From the NCBI GenBank assembly GCA_963816145.1, contig CAWFJP010000018.1, forward strand, positions 192,001 through 256,000: DNA of 64,000 bases, in the 5' to 3' direction. The notes under the pieces are model-generated. The model saw only the letters and a program-made list of their open reading frames with translations, did not search any database and had not been told where the DNA came from. Positions 1-12,522 of the stretch are shown here, in pieces (the stretch's first letter is position 1; every line of letters starts with the position of its first letter). The DNA is from an uncultured delta proteobacterium (GTDB lineage Bacteria; Desulfobacterota; Binatia; UBA9968). Both the position numbers and the translations under genes were made by a program.

Positions 1-399
1 CGGACGCTCGGCTAGATGGCTAATCCCCAAACGCTTTAACCACGGCCGTACCCGACTTTCGATCTCCGCCTTGGCGGCGCCACGCAACCGCAGACCCAGC
101 GCAACGTTGCCGTAAACACAGTCATCGACAAGCAACGGTTGCTGGAACACCGTGGCGATGCGCCGCCGCAACGCCAACGGATTGCGCTGTATCGCCGTGA
201 GACGGGGGAACTCGACGGTTCCCCGGTCGATGGGCTGCAACAAGCCCATGACCCGCAGCAGCGTCGACTTGCCGGCGCCGTTGGCACCGATGATCGCCAG
301 CACCTCACTGCTTGTGACTTCAAGTAAAGGAATATCGAGAGCCGTGGTCGCGCCATAGCGCACCAGGACGTCGCGCAGTCTTAAGAGAGTCTCGGCCAC
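1..399 (-). CDS. tupC: Tungstate ABC transporter ATP-binding subunit (runs off the window edge)
   Basis: Manual translation from GTG at 399: MAETLLRLRDVLVRYG...IIGANGAGKSTLL (Walker A); overlaps the permease stop. Confidence 0.8.
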   Translation of the reverse strand, partial: MAETLLRLRDVLVRYGATTALDIPLLEVTSSEVLAIIGANGAGKSTLLRVMGLLQPIDRGTVEFPRLTAIQRNPLALRRRIATVFQQPLLVDDCVYGNVALGLRLRGAAKAEIESRVRPWLKRLGISHLAERP

Positions 400-1094
400 C
401 GCAGCGGCTCCCGCTGTTGAATGCGTGTCAGAAAGAAATTTATCGCAAAGGTGAGCAGCAGCAGGATCACGCTGAGGGCGATGGCGACGTCAAAGTTGCC
501 TTTGCCGGTTTCAAGCACCGTCGCGGTGGTGAGTACGCGGGTCTGGCCGCGAATATTGCCGCCGACCATCATGGACGCGCCGACTTCGGAGATCACGCCG
601 CCGAAACCGGCCATGACCGCAGCCAATAGCGGCAAGCGTGCTTCCTTGCACAATAACCATAATAGTTGCGGCTTGGACGCGCCGATGCCGAGCATTTGCA
701 GACTTAGGCGCGGATCAAGGCTCTGAAAACTCGCCAAGGTTAATCCGGCAACGATGGGCAGCGCGATCACCACCTGGGCCAACACCATCGCCGTTGGCGT
801 GTAAATCCATTCGAGAAATCCCAACGGTCCGCTGCGCCAGAGTATCAATGAAACGAAGAGCCCGACCACCACCGGCGGCAGTCCCATGCCGGTATTGATC
901 AGCGCTACGACCGCGGATCGGCCGGAGAACCGCGTCAGGGCCAGTAGCACACCCAAGGGCATGCCCAAGACTAACGCGACTAAAGTCGCTGTCATGGAAA
1001 TTTTTAGTGACAGCCAAGTGATCGCCAGAATCTCGCGATCGAAACCGGCGACGAGGTCGATTGCCTTGAGCAGCCCTTGGCCAATCATTTCCAA
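381..1094 (-). CDS. tupB: Tungstate ABC transporter permease
   Basis: Hydrophobic BPD_transp_1-like sequence (GLPPVVVGL, ISEVGASMMVGGNI); likely start TTG 1094 or ATG 1088, just after the tupA stop. Confidence 0.88.
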   Translation of the reverse strand: MEMIGQGLLKAIDLVAGFDREILAITWLSLKISMTATLVALVLGMPLGVLLALTRFSGRSAVVALINTGMGLPPVVVGLFVSLILWRSGPLGFLEWIYTPTAMVLAQVVIALPIVAGLTLASFQSLDPRLSLQMLGIGASKPQLLWLLCKEARLPLLAAVMAGFGGVISEVGASMMVGGNIRGQTRVLTTATVLETGKGNFDVAIALSVILLLLTFAINFFLTRIQQREPLRWPRLS

Positions 1095-1095
1095 G

Positions 1096-1950
1096 TCAGA
1101 CTCCGAGTTCGTCTTCTTTCTTGCCGGCAACGGGAACGAATAGCGATTCGCCGAACTTGTCGACACCGAACCCTTGAATGATTTTTTGCGTGGTTGGCGA
1201 AACCATGAAATCGGCAAAGGCCTTGCCGCCGGCAACATTGATGCGCGGACCGTTGGCGGGATTCACTTCGAGAACCGAATAGATATTCAATAGCGCACGA
1301 TCGCCTTGGACGAGAATCGGCAAACCGAGGTTCTTGCTCAGCGCCAGGTAAGTGGCCCGGTCGGTGAGCACATACCCATTGCGTTCCCTGGCGATGCCCA
1401 GCGTCGCGCCCATGCCCTGTCCCGATTCGATGTACCAAGGAGCTATTGGCGTTACTTTGGCAAGCTTCCACAAACCAAGTTCCATGTTATGCGTTCCGGA
1501 TTTGTCGCCCCGTGAGACAAAAGTCGTTTTCGCCTGCGCGATCGCCTGCAATGCGGTGGCTGCCGATTTCATGGCGCGAACTTTCGCCGGGTCTTCCTTG
1601 GGCCCGACAATGATGAAGTCGTTATACATCACCAGGCGCCGGTTGAGCAGTTTGCCCTTGGCGACAGATGCTTGCTCCAAACTCGGCGCATGGGCCAAAA
1701 CGACATCGGCATCGCCGCGCTCGGCCAAGGCCAACGCCTGCCCGGTGCCCACAGCGATCGTCTTGACTGAATAGCTGCTCTGCTGCTCAAAAAGCGGAAT
1801 CAGGACATCGAGCAACCCTGAGTCTTGGGTGCTGGTGGTGGTCGAAAGAATAATACTGCGGGACTGCGCCCAACCCGCGCCAGAGCACCATAGAAGCGCG
1901 AGGAAAACCATCGCAAAGAATGGTAATTTCAGTTTCGTTCGATTCATCAT
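1096..1950 (-). CDS. tupA: Tungstate-binding periplasmic protein
   Basis: Signal peptide; TupA-type TTTS motif (STTTSTQDSGLL) and SRGDKSGTH. Confidence 0.92.
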   Translation of the reverse strand: MMNRTKLKLPFFAMVFLALLWCSGAGWAQSRSIILSTTTSTQDSGLLDVLIPLFEQQSSYSVKTIAVGTGQALALAERGDADVVLAHAPSLEQASVAKGKLLNRRLVMYNDFIIVGPKEDPAKVRAMKSAATALQAIAQAKTTFVSRGDKSGTHNMELGLWKLAKVTPIAPWYIESGQGMGATLGIARERNGYVLTDRATYLALSKNLGLPILVQGDRALLNIYSVLEVNPANGPRINVAGGKAFADFMVSPTTQKIIQGFGVDKFGESLFVPVAGKKEDELGV

Positions 1951-1956
1951 TCCTCC

Positions 1957-2739
1957 CTAGACCAACTTGCGTTCGCCAAAGATCCAGCGTCGTCTCATGC
2001 GAGAACCGTAAGTCATTCCAAAGCGCCGTTTGGCCACGTCGGTGATTACCTGAACCGCTTCGTCGGCGGAGTCGGTGATGGTGATCCGTTCGAGGTCGAC
2101 GGCATCGATGGTCCGCGCTTTAACCAGTCTTTCGGACATAAACTCCATCAGCGGCGCCCAAAACTCCCTGCCCATGAGGACCAAGGGAAACTCGCGAATC
2201 TTCGCGGTTTGAATTAAGGTCGCGGTTTCAAAAATCTCGTCCATGGTGCCGAAACCGCCGGGCAAGGCGATGAACGCATAAGAATACTTCACTAACATCA
2301 CTTTGCGCACGAAGAAATAGCGAAATGTCACCCATTGGTCCAGGTAGGGGTTATGCTTTTGTTCTTGGGGCAGGACGATGTTGCAGCCGATGGAACGGCC
2401 GCCGACATCTTTGGCGCCGCGATTGGCCGCTTCCATGATGCCCGGGCCGCCGCCGGTCATCACGGTGAAACCCGCGCTCGCCAGACCCGCGCCCGCCTGG
2501 CGCGCCATACGGTAGTACGGATTGACTTCGGTAAAGCGCGCCGAGCCAAACACGGTCACGCAGGGCCCGGCAAAATGCAGCGCGCGAAAACCCCGGACAA
2601 ATTCGCAAAAGATTCGCGCCGCCCGCGCCAGTTCAGTAAAGCGCCGCTGCGGTCCCTCGAGAAAGCGCACCACCTCGGGCGCGCCCGGATCGATTCCCCA
2701 ACCATCGATCGAGACGATCTCGTTGTTCTCGTGCGGCAT
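1957..2739 (-). CDS. LOG family (TIGR00730-like) nucleotide phosphoribohydrolase
   Basis: VFGSAR, TGGGPGIMEAANRGA and PGGFGTMDE motifs. Confidence 0.9.
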   Translation of the reverse strand: MPHENNEIVSIDGWGIDPGAPEVVRFLEGPQRRFTELARAARIFCEFVRGFRALHFAGPCVTVFGSARFTEVNPYYRMARQAGAGLASAGFTVMTGGGPGIMEAANRGAKDVGGRSIGCNIVLPQEQKHNPYLDQWVTFRYFFVRKVMLVKYSYAFIALPGGFGTMDEIFETATLIQTAKIREFPLVLMGREFWAPLMEFMSERLVKARTIDAVDLERITITDSADEAVQVITDVAKRRFGMTYGSRMRRRWIFGERKLV

Positions 2740-2799
2740 CGGATGACGACTCCTAGAGCGAAATGAATTGAGCTAACTGAAGGATTACCGCCAGGAGAG

Positions 2800-5796
<2,997 letters not shown>

Positions 5797-5814
5797 TCAC
5801 CTCCGCGCCGGAGT

Positions 5815-5843
5815 AAAAAAAAACCCAGACCTGGGCCTGGGTT
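5815..5843 (-). terminator. Intrinsic terminator within the guaB 5' leader (candidate attenuator)
   Basis: AACCCAGGC-CCAG-GUCUGGGUU 9-bp stem running into a U9 tract, about 20 nt before the guaB ATG. Confidence 0.7.
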
Positions 5844-5881
5844 GTGGGCGCGTACCGATTGTTTCAAAGCAAACATGAAAT

Positions 5882-5910
5882 CTTATACCAAGAAATATTT
5901 TTCACGGCAA
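5882..5910 (-). promoter_or_regulatory. Sigma70-type promoter for guaB-guaA
   Basis: TTGCCG-17 bp-TATAAG with extended TG. Confidence 0.6.
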
Positions 5911-5963
5911 GAACACGCAAGATTGAGACAGGGCCCTCCATATGCTAGCTAATGACAACTATC

Positions 5964-6197
5964 ATGCCGCTTTACGAATATGAATGCACTAATGGCCATC
6001 GCTTCGAAGTGATTCAAAAGGTCTCCGCCAAACCGCTCAAAAAGTGCGACAGTTGCCGCGCCGGCGCCAAACGGACGGTGTCCCAAACCACCTTGCTGCA
6101 CAATCATGGCGTGCATGTGTTCGATCGCGTCACCGGTGACGATGTCCTGCGCGGCCGCCCGTCGTCCTTGAAATCCTTCAAAAAAGACAAGTTCTAA
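5964..6197 (+). CDS. FmdB-family zinc-ribbon protein
   Basis: MPLYEYECTNGHRFEVIQ...CDSC. Confidence 0.85.
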   Translation: MPLYEYECTNGHRFEVIQKVSAKPLKKCDSCRAGAKRTVSQTTLLHNHGVHVFDRVTGDDVLRGRPSSLKSFKKDKF

Positions 6198-6284
6198 AGC
6201 TTCATCCGGCGCTGGTACTCGTGACTCGTGTTCGTGCCGGAAGAGCACGACGCCGGCGTTGTCCAGCCTCGACCGGTTTCCCCG

Positions 6285-6314
6285 TTATCCATTATCAATT
6301 CTCAATTATCCATT
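6285..6314. repeat. Heptamer tandem repeat x4
   Basis: TTATCCA TTATCAA TTCTCAA TTATCCA TT. Confidence 0.7.
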
Positions 6315-6368
6315 CGGAAAAAATCCGTTTGTGCTTTCGGGGCGACCTCTGTTAGTTTTCCAGCGGCT

Positions 6369-7892
6369 ATGCTCGCCAAGGTCAACAGCGCCGCACTCTA
6401 CGGGATCGATGCTTTGCGCGTCGAAGTCGAGATCGATCTCGCTTCGGGCTTGCCGCAACTGGCAACCGTCGGCTTACCAGAAGGTGCGGTTAAGGAGAGC
6501 AAAGACCGGATTCGCGCCGCGGTAAAAAACTGCGGCTACACCTTTCCGGCCAAGCGCATCACCATCAACCTCGCTCCAGCCGACATCAAAAAAGAAGGCT
6601 CGGCCTACGACCTGCCGATGGCCATCGGAATACTTGCGGCCGAGGGAACCTTGGAGAAAAATCTCCTCGATGACTATTTTCTCATCGGCGAGCTTTCCCT
6701 CGACGGCTCGGTCAAACCGGTGCGCGGCGCGCTGTCGATCGCCATGGCTGCCAAAAAAGAAAACATTCGCGGCGTGATCTTACCCGAACAAAATGCTCCG
6801 GAGGCCGCGGTTGTCAGCGAAGTCGAAGTGTTGGGCGTGCGCGATCTGCCCCAGGTGGTGGAATTTTTGAACGGTACACGCGCCATCTCAGCCACCAGCG
6901 CGAATCTTGACGATCTGTTCAGCCAGCACTCGCAGTACACCGCCGACTTCAACGACGTCAAAGGCCAGCAGCATGTCAAACGCGCCCTCGAAGTTGCCGC
7001 CGCTGGCGGCCATAACGTCGTCCTCGTCGGCCCGCCTGGTTCGGGCAAAACCATGCTGGCCAAGCGACTGCCAACGATTCTCCCCGACCTGACCCTGGCC
7101 GAAGCCCTGGAGACCACCAAAATCCACAGCGTCATGGGCACGCTCGGCGGCCAAGCGATCATTGCTACCCGGCCTTTTCGCTCGCCCCATCACACCATCT
7201 CCGACGCCGGCCTCGTCGGTGGCGGCACCGTGCCCAAGCCGGGCGAAGTTTCGCTCGCCCACAACGGCGTATTGTTCCTCGACGAGCTGCCGGAATTCCG
7301 GCGCAATGTTCTAGAAGTCATGCGCCAGCCTTTGGAGGACGGCAACATCACGGTCTCCCGCGCCATGGGCTCGATCAACTACCCGGCAAGCTTCATGCTC
7401 GTCGCGGCGATGAACCCCTGCGTCTGCGGCTTTTTTACCGATCCGCAGAAAGAATGCACCTGCACGCCGCTGCAGATTCAACGCTACCGTTCGAAAGTTT
7501 CCGGGCCGCTGCTCGACCGTATCGACATCCAGGTTGAAGTGCCCGGCTTGCGCTACCAGGAGCTCGCCAGCAAAGATGCCGGCGAGTCGTCGAATATCAT
7601 ACGCCAGCGCGTCAACGACGCGCGCAAGATCCAACTGCAGCGTTTCGAGAAGACCAAGCTTCACGCCAACGCCCAGATGGGCGCCAAAGAAATTAAACGG
7701 TATTGTGCCGTGAAAGAAGACGCCGAGAAGTTGCTCGAGACGGCGATCAACAAGCTCGGCTTGAGCGCGCGTGCCTATAGCCGTGTCCTAAAAGTGGGAA
7801 GGACAATCGCGGACTTAGCCGGCGCGGATCATATCGAATCGTCGCATATCGCTGAAGCGATCCAATACCGCAGTTTGGATCGAAGCATGTAG
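6369..7892 (+). CDS. comM: YifB/ComM Mg-chelatase-like AAA+ ATPase
   Basis: MLAKVNSAAL start; ITINLAPAD, GPPGSGKT, RPFRSPHHT, LFLDELPEF. Confidence 0.93.
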   Translation: MLAKVNSAALYGIDALRVEVEIDLASGLPQLATVGLPEGAVKESKDRIRAAVKNCGYTFPAKRITINLAPADIKKEGSAYDLPMAIGILAAEGTLEKNLLDDYFLIGELSLDGSVKPVRGALSIAMAAKKENIRGVILPEQNAPEAAVVSEVEVLGVRDLPQVVEFLNGTRAISATSANLDDLFSQHSQYTADFNDVKGQQHVKRALEVAAAGGHNVVLVGPPGSGKTMLAKRLPTILPDLTLAEALETTKIHSVMGTLGGQAIIATRPFRSPHHTISDAGLVGGGTVPKPGEVSLAHNGVLFLDELPEFRRNVLEVMRQPLEDGNITVSRAMGSINYPASFMLVAAMNPCVCGFFTDPQKECTCTPLQIQRYRSKVSGPLLDRIDIQVEVPGLRYQELASKDAGESSNIIRQRVNDARKIQLQRFEKTKLHANAQMGAKEIKRYCAVKEDAEKLLETAINKLGLSARAYSRVLKVGRTIADLAGADHIESSHIAEAIQYRSLDRSM

Positions 7893-8023
7893 GTTTACTT
7901 CGCGGTCGTTGCCGTTGTGGCGAGACTAGTTCGTGATCTGCGGTTTGCCGTTTCACTCCGCCGGTCCCGGATATTGCCGGGACCAAGCCCTCATTACTTC
8001 GGGATTGCGATACCGGTCGCTTT

Positions 8024-8224
8024 CTAAGAACGACCGGCGTTGGCATACCGGTTTGTTAGGGAAACCAGCCGTTGATGATGACTTGGCCGTTGGTCAAGTA
8101 TTTCAATCCTGAGGCCCATCCACCAAGCCTCGGAAGCACAGGCCGCGCATACCCGCAGATCGATGACATCGCTATAAGCGCGATAAACGGCCTTTACGGC
8201 TCTCAAACATCGTTGGCAGTTCAT
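8024..8224 (-). CDS. Small CxxC...CxxC putative zinc-binding protein (66 aa)
   Basis: MNCQRC...VCAACASEA from ATG 8224. Confidence 0.55.
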   Translation of the reverse strand: MNCQRCLRAVKAVYRAYSDVIDLRVCAACASEAWWMGLRIEILDQRPSHHQRLVSLTNRYANAGRS

Positions 8225-8549
8225 TGATTCATCCCAATTCCCTGCGCTGAGACCGATACCCGTGCCCCGGGCATCGTCGCTAGCTAATTCACGCTCGCCG
8301 ATCACTCCCCACTGAAGTCCTTCGACATCCCTCAGACCAGAATGACGGGTCATTCATGTCCGTTCATGCCGACCGGCGCGACAGCAGCAATGGAAAACTC
8401 AATGCCGCGTTTCGCCGGCCAATGCCTTGGTGTATTTGCCGTGTCCTTTGCGGAGATACCGTAGCCGCCGCTGAAACCAGGTACCTTGGGGCCACTCCCA
8501 ATTCTGAACCGGCAATCGATTCTCATCATAGCCGGCGCCGGCCACTTTG

Positions 8550-9068
8550 CTAACCCGAAAGATCAATTCCCATGAATTCATTCCCGTGTCTCCTCTTCTT
8601 CGTTCCCATCGTAACTTGCCCATTCGCGTGAGTTTTTGCCCTAAATCTACCAGCCAACTTTTTGCCCTTCCAAGCAACACTCGAAGAATCTACGCGCGTT
8701 TGTTGATCCTTCCATTTCAGCAAACCGCAGCGCACATATTCAGGGTCGAAGCCGAGCGTTTCGCAGACGTTATTAAAACAAAACACCCCATCGCCGACCG
8801 GTTTAACGATCCACTCTTCGGCTTCGTCGCATAGCCGGCGATTTTTCTTGCGCCGAGAAAGCAAATTTTCTTGGTAGCAAGCGATCGCGTCGTTCAAAAC
8901 CGCGAACATCAGTCGCCTCTCCGCTTCGAGCAGAGTCTTTCTGCGCAAAGTGTCGAAATACTGGGCCGACAGTAGCGTGTCAGGTTGGAAATGCGCGCTG
9001 ACTCGATCGTCGCGTCCGACAGCAGTGCGATTTCCCGTGCCTGCTGAATAGGCGACCGTTCTTTCCAT
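8550..9068 (-). CDS. Uncharacterised protein
   Basis: AAGGAAG RBS; FQPDTLL..QYF / ERRLMFAVLNDAI / EAEEWI / FNNVCETLGFDPEYVR pattern recalled from Binatia-like hypothetical proteins. Confidence 0.75.
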   Translation of the reverse strand: MERTVAYSAGTGNRTAVGRDDRVSAHFQPDTLLSAQYFDTLRRKTLLEAERRLMFAVLNDAIACYQENLLSRRKKNRRLCDEAEEWIVKPVGDGVFCFNNVCETLGFDPEYVRCGLLKWKDQQTRVDSSSVAWKGKKLAGRFRAKTHANGQVTMGTKKRRHGNEFMGIDLSG

Positions 9069-9080
9069 GGCTGCTTCCTT

Positions 9081-9419
9081 CTAATGGTTCTCAACAACCT
9101 GAGCATCTATGGCCCGTGCTATGACCTCTTTGGACGCCGCTCCGATCAGCCGTTGTTTTTCCGCACCATCGCGAAACAAGATCAGCGTCGGTATCGCCTT
9201 GACGCCATAGCGCTCGACGACCCCCGGATTGTCATCGACGTTGAGTTTCTTGATCCGCGCGGTGCCGGCGTACTGTTCAGCAAGCGCATCGACAATCGGC
9301 GCCAGCGAGCGGCAAGGTCCGCACCATTGCGCCCAAAAATCCACTAGAACCGGCTGAGTTTTATCCAGCACCGCATCGACAAAATTTATATCGTTCACGT
9401 TTTCGATCAATTCACTCAT
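9081..9419 (-). CDS. trxA: Thioredoxin
   Basis: VDFWAQWCGPC, cis-Pro IPTL; GGAGG RBS before ATG 9419. Confidence 0.93.
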   Translation of the reverse strand: MSELIENVNDINFVDAVLDKTQPVLVDFWAQWCGPCRSLAPIVDALAEQYAGTARIKKLNVDDNPGVVERYGVKAIPTLILFRDGAEKQRLIGAASKEVIARAIDAQVVENH

Positions 9420-9690
9420 GGTTTTCCCCTCCGCTGATCGCTTCGACAATTGCTTTTGTCATACACCCTTCTGCCGTGAGCACCGCTCCGCCTCGATGCA
9501 TTTCTTTCAAAAGTTGCTTCCCGCCACCATCAATGAACGTCACCTGCTTCAATATCACCTTGATCCGGCGACCGGCGCCGGTTGTGCTTTGCCAACACAG
9601 GCGCAGTTCCTGAACCCAGGGACCAGTAAGCCGCCCCTCGAGCTCAAGGATGATCTGGTTATCGTCATGGTTGGTGGTGATCTTGAGCAT
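9412..9690 (-). CDS. Small STAS-like (anti-sigma antagonist-like) protein
   Basis: LELEGRLTGPWVQEL...LKQVTFIDGGG; overlaps the trx start. Confidence 0.7.
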   Translation of the reverse strand: MLKITTNHDDNQIILELEGRLTGPWVQELRLCWQSTTGAGRRIKVILKQVTFIDGGGKQLLKEMHRGGAVLTAEGCMTKAIVEAISGGENHE

Positions 9691-9707
9691 GGCTGGAACG
9701 GCAACCT

Positions 9708-10145
9708 TTATATCACCGCTCCGTTCACGACTGCGACGAACACCCCCTCGATCTCCTGTCCGCCATCGAGCAGCGCACGGTCAACCAGCAACCTTTCGAT
9801 TCCAAATGAATCGAACCACGACACCATGACAACCACACCTTCGCGGTTTAACACCTCGAGATAATCCGCCGGCCGCTCCGTGCTTGGATCGTCGTAAATC
9901 GCGATTGCACCAGCCGTCTGTCCATTCGCAATCACCGGCGACAACGATACCAAAGTCAACGGCGTTTGGAGCAATCCGACCGATAAACTTGCGAATTTCG
10001 CTTGTGACCCAATCTCAGCGCCTTGCACGCTGCCTACGGCGATGGCAACGAGCAATATCGCGACACCGGCAAGCCGTGAGACATTCGGTGCTTTGAAATA
10101 ATCGATATCGGGGAATGACATTGTCGCTCCTTTCACCCTAACCAT
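9708..10145 (-). CDS. Hypothetical exported protein
   Basis: Hydrophobic signal-like segment; tightly packed in the operon (start may be ATG 10122). Confidence 0.6.
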   Translation of the reverse strand: MVRVKGATMSFPDIDYFKAPNVSRLAGVAILLVAIAVGSVQGAEIGSQAKFASLSVGLLQTPLTLVSLSPVIANGQTAGAIAIYDDPSTERPADYLEVLNREGVVVMVSWFDSFGIERLLVDRALLDGGQEIEGVFVAVVNGAVI

Positions 10146-10148
10146 GCA

Positions 10149-10313
10149 TCAGTTCCAGATGACCTGCCGATGCAGCACAACCCGCTGACCCGCCTCGTCG
10201 ATCTCAATGTCGGGCTCGCACCAACAAGCGCGGGAATCGATATGAATGAGGCCAACGGGCATGGGCGCGGTCGATGTTGGTCGAGCGATCCATTTTCTAT
10301 CGAGCTGAATCAT
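10149..10313 (-). CDS. Small protein with H-x5-CWCEP motif (54 aa)
   Basis: GAGGAG RBS before ATG 10313; IHIDSRACWCEP...VLHRQVIWN. Confidence 0.6.
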   Translation of the reverse strand: MIQLDRKWIARPTSTAPMPVGLIHIDSRACWCEPDIEIDEAGQRVVLHRQVIWN

Positions 10314-10345
10314 ATTGGACTCCTCTAATCCCTGGGCGTCACCAT

Positions 10346-10510
10346 CTATCGATCCGAACGAAGGAACCTGACCGCCGACTTGATTCGACGGATCGACCAC
10401 TCGATCGCGGTCGCCGCGAGCGCTGGTTCGAATCCTTGGGTAAGTACGCGAACAAATAAATTCGTCCCACCCAGGATTAGCAATGCCATCAACAGACTTT
10501 CGATCTTCAT
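10346..10510 (-). CDS. Small membrane protein (54 aa)
   Basis: MKIESLLMALLILGG..., AAAGGCGG RBS-like sequence, first ORF after the sigma54 promoter. Confidence 0.45.
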   Translation of the reverse strand: MKIESLLMALLILGGTNLFVRVLTQGFEPALAATAIEWSIRRIKSAVRFLRSDR

Positions 10511-10551
10511 AAACTCAACCGCCTTTCGCTGCTCTGCTGTCGCTAACATCG

Positions 10552-10566
10552 GCAAGTCCCGTGCCA
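10552..10566 (-). promoter_or_regulatory. Sigma54 promoter P1
   Basis: TGGCAC-GGGAC-TTGC, a perfect -24/-12 consensus. Confidence 0.85.
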
Positions 10567-10662
10567 CCAGGAAAAAGTTGGCGACGGATGGGTAAGAGAT
10601 CGGAACTACGAGAGTTACTTGCGGCGCGCGTTTTCGATTGGCTACTGGTGCCGAGACATAGG

Positions 10663-10696
10663 TGACGAACTGTCGGCACGCGCCGAAATGGTGGCT
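10663..10696. promoter_or_regulatory. Tandem upstream activator site for P1
   Basis: TGACGAactgTCGGCA-cg-CGCCGAaatgGTGGCT, 97 bp upstream of the -24 box. Confidence 0.65.
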
Positions 10697-11179
10697 TAAT
10701 CGGTGCAGGCAATCGGCGACCTGTGGCTCAAGCCGCGCCGATCACAGAAGAGTCGCAACGGTTTTAAGCCAGGCAATTCAGATCGACTTGGAGACGCTTT
10801 TCCTTAGGGGTCACCAACCCTAGTCCGCATCAGATTCACTGAACTAGAGACAGATACGAAATGAGACGTATCCGGCCGGGCATTATCAATCTGCAATTCT
10901 CTGAGGCGATTTTTACGGACAAGATCGTTGACGCCGGGGAGTTCGGCCCAGGTTTCCAGGTGGAAAGTTTCGACATCGCGCCTCCGGCCAGCGAGATCAG
11001 AATAACGCCCGCGCTCTCGCAAACGCCGGCGCTTCGCCTGCGTCGCGAAGTTGACGGATGCCAGGAGCGTTATCCAGTCAGCGCCGCCGGCAAGCGAAAC
11101 GACAGCCAACTTCGGACAATGGTCGAGAGTTTCAACGGATCCCTCGGCAGATAGTCGATTAGGGTCAAGATCTGTTAGC

Positions 11180-11629
11180 CTAGGGCGCACCCGGCGAATT
11201 GCAATTTGCCGGGTGGCAATGATTGACCAGCTGTAATAGGCGGTCGGCATCATGAGTGACTGCCGTCACGATCTTCCAGTCACCGTCGACTTTGCGGAAT
11301 GTGTAGGTTTCGCCCATCCGTTCAAGCTCGTGCCCATTTTGTCGATAGCGAATCCTTCGCGCGCTCACCACAGCGATGTTATCGCTCATCTGATTTACAT
11401 GAACGTCCGTTAGCTCGCTCCGAAGAAAACCACGGGACTTCAGGCTTTCCATCAGCCGGCCGATGACTACCGCTAGGGCTTTTGCATCCCCCATCGAATA
11501 AACGCCTTGCGCGGAAATAAATAAACACGGCACGTCGCAATAAGGAATGACGTTTAACGGACGCAGCGTCTGAAACGAATCGACGTAGTTTTGAAATATT
11601 TGGGCAACTGTCTTTTCGTCTTGCGTCAT
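11180..11629 (-). CDS. NTF2/SnoaL-like protein
   Basis: GGAGGG RBS; ends ...ETYTFRKVDGDWKIV. Confidence 0.75.
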   Translation of the reverse strand: MTQDEKTVAQIFQNYVDSFQTLRPLNVIPYCDVPCLFISAQGVYSMGDAKALAVVIGRLMESLKSRGFLRSELTDVHVNQMSDNIAVVSARRIRYRQNGHELERMGETYTFRKVDGDWKIVTAVTHDADRLLQLVNHCHPANCNSPGAP

Positions 11630-11663
11630 AGCACCCCTCCTGCCCGCTGCGCGATCGTCAAAG

Positions 11664-12125
11664 CTACCTGGGCGATGCCGGTTGATAAGTGCCAGGCTCC
11701 TGGCGAAAACTAATGGTGATGCGATTCCAGGCATTGATCGTTACCACCGCGATGGTGAGATCCACCACTTCTTGCTCGCTGAACTGCCGGCGTGTCCGCT
11801 CGTAAAACTCGTCGGAAACGCGATTGTCGGCGATCAAGGTCAGCTCTTCCGTCCAAGCAAGCGCTGCGCGCTCGCGATCAGAATAATACGGAGCTTCGCG
11901 CCAGGCCGACAGACCGTAGAGACGTTGCTCGCTCTCACCCTTCGCGCGCGCGTCTTTCCAATGCATATCGATGCAATAGGCGCAGCCGTTGATCTGCGAG
12001 GCCCGCACCTTGATCAAATTCCGCAGCGACTGTTCGATCGCGCATTCGGCAAGATACTTTTCCAACCCAAACATCGCCTGGAGCGCACCCGGCGCAACTT
12101 TTGTGTGATCGATTCGGGATGACAT
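11664..12125 (-). CDS. AhpD-like / carboxymuconolactone decarboxylase family protein
   Basis: RASQINGCAYCIDMH; AAAGGAG RBS before ATG 12125. Confidence 0.92.
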   Translation of the reverse strand: MSSRIDHTKVAPGALQAMFGLEKYLAECAIEQSLRNLIKVRASQINGCAYCIDMHWKDARAKGESEQRLYGLSAWREAPYYSDRERAALAWTEELTLIADNRVSDEFYERTRRQFSEQEVVDLTIAVVTINAWNRITISFRQEPGTYQPASPR

Positions 12126-12301
12126 ACCGTTTCTCCTTTCAGTGCACGTCAAATCACCTTTCGCATGGTCAGGAAAAATTACGCGGTTTCGAATCAGACA
12201 CTCGGCCGGATCGCCTATTTTAAATTCGCTCAAACTGGGCAGATGCATAAACTCCGCCCACGCTGTCAATCCGACCGGCGGCCAATAATCATTGAGCGCG
12301 T

Positions 12302-12472
12302 TTATTCGCAAGTCGTTACGTTGAGCAGATCTTTCGCTTCCGTGCAGCTAAGCCCATACTCCTGTCTCAGTATGACTGCCGCGTCTTGGAGGCGATTCTC
12401 ACGCAGAGCTTGTCGCGCCTTGGCGGAAATACTTTCTCCGGCAAGCAGCATCGGCACCAACGAAAATTCCAT
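12302..12472 (-). CDS. Small helical protein, 56 aa (below the ORF-track cutoff)
   Basis: GAAAGGAG RBS; MEFSLVPMLLAGESISAKARQALRENRLQDAAVILRQEYGLSCTEAKDLLNVTTCE. Confidence 0.7.
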   Translation of the reverse strand: MEFSLVPMLLAGESISAKARQALRENRLQDAAVILRQEYGLSCTEAKDLLNVTTCE

Positions 12473-12522
12473 ATGGATGCTCCTTTCGACCTATCCGATT
12501 GTTTTTCAAGTCTGCGGCGCCC

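Noticed and set aside
10804-11180. ORFs 10861-11154 (+) and 10804-11253 (-)
   Set aside because: No RBS or family motif recognised; cannot be supported
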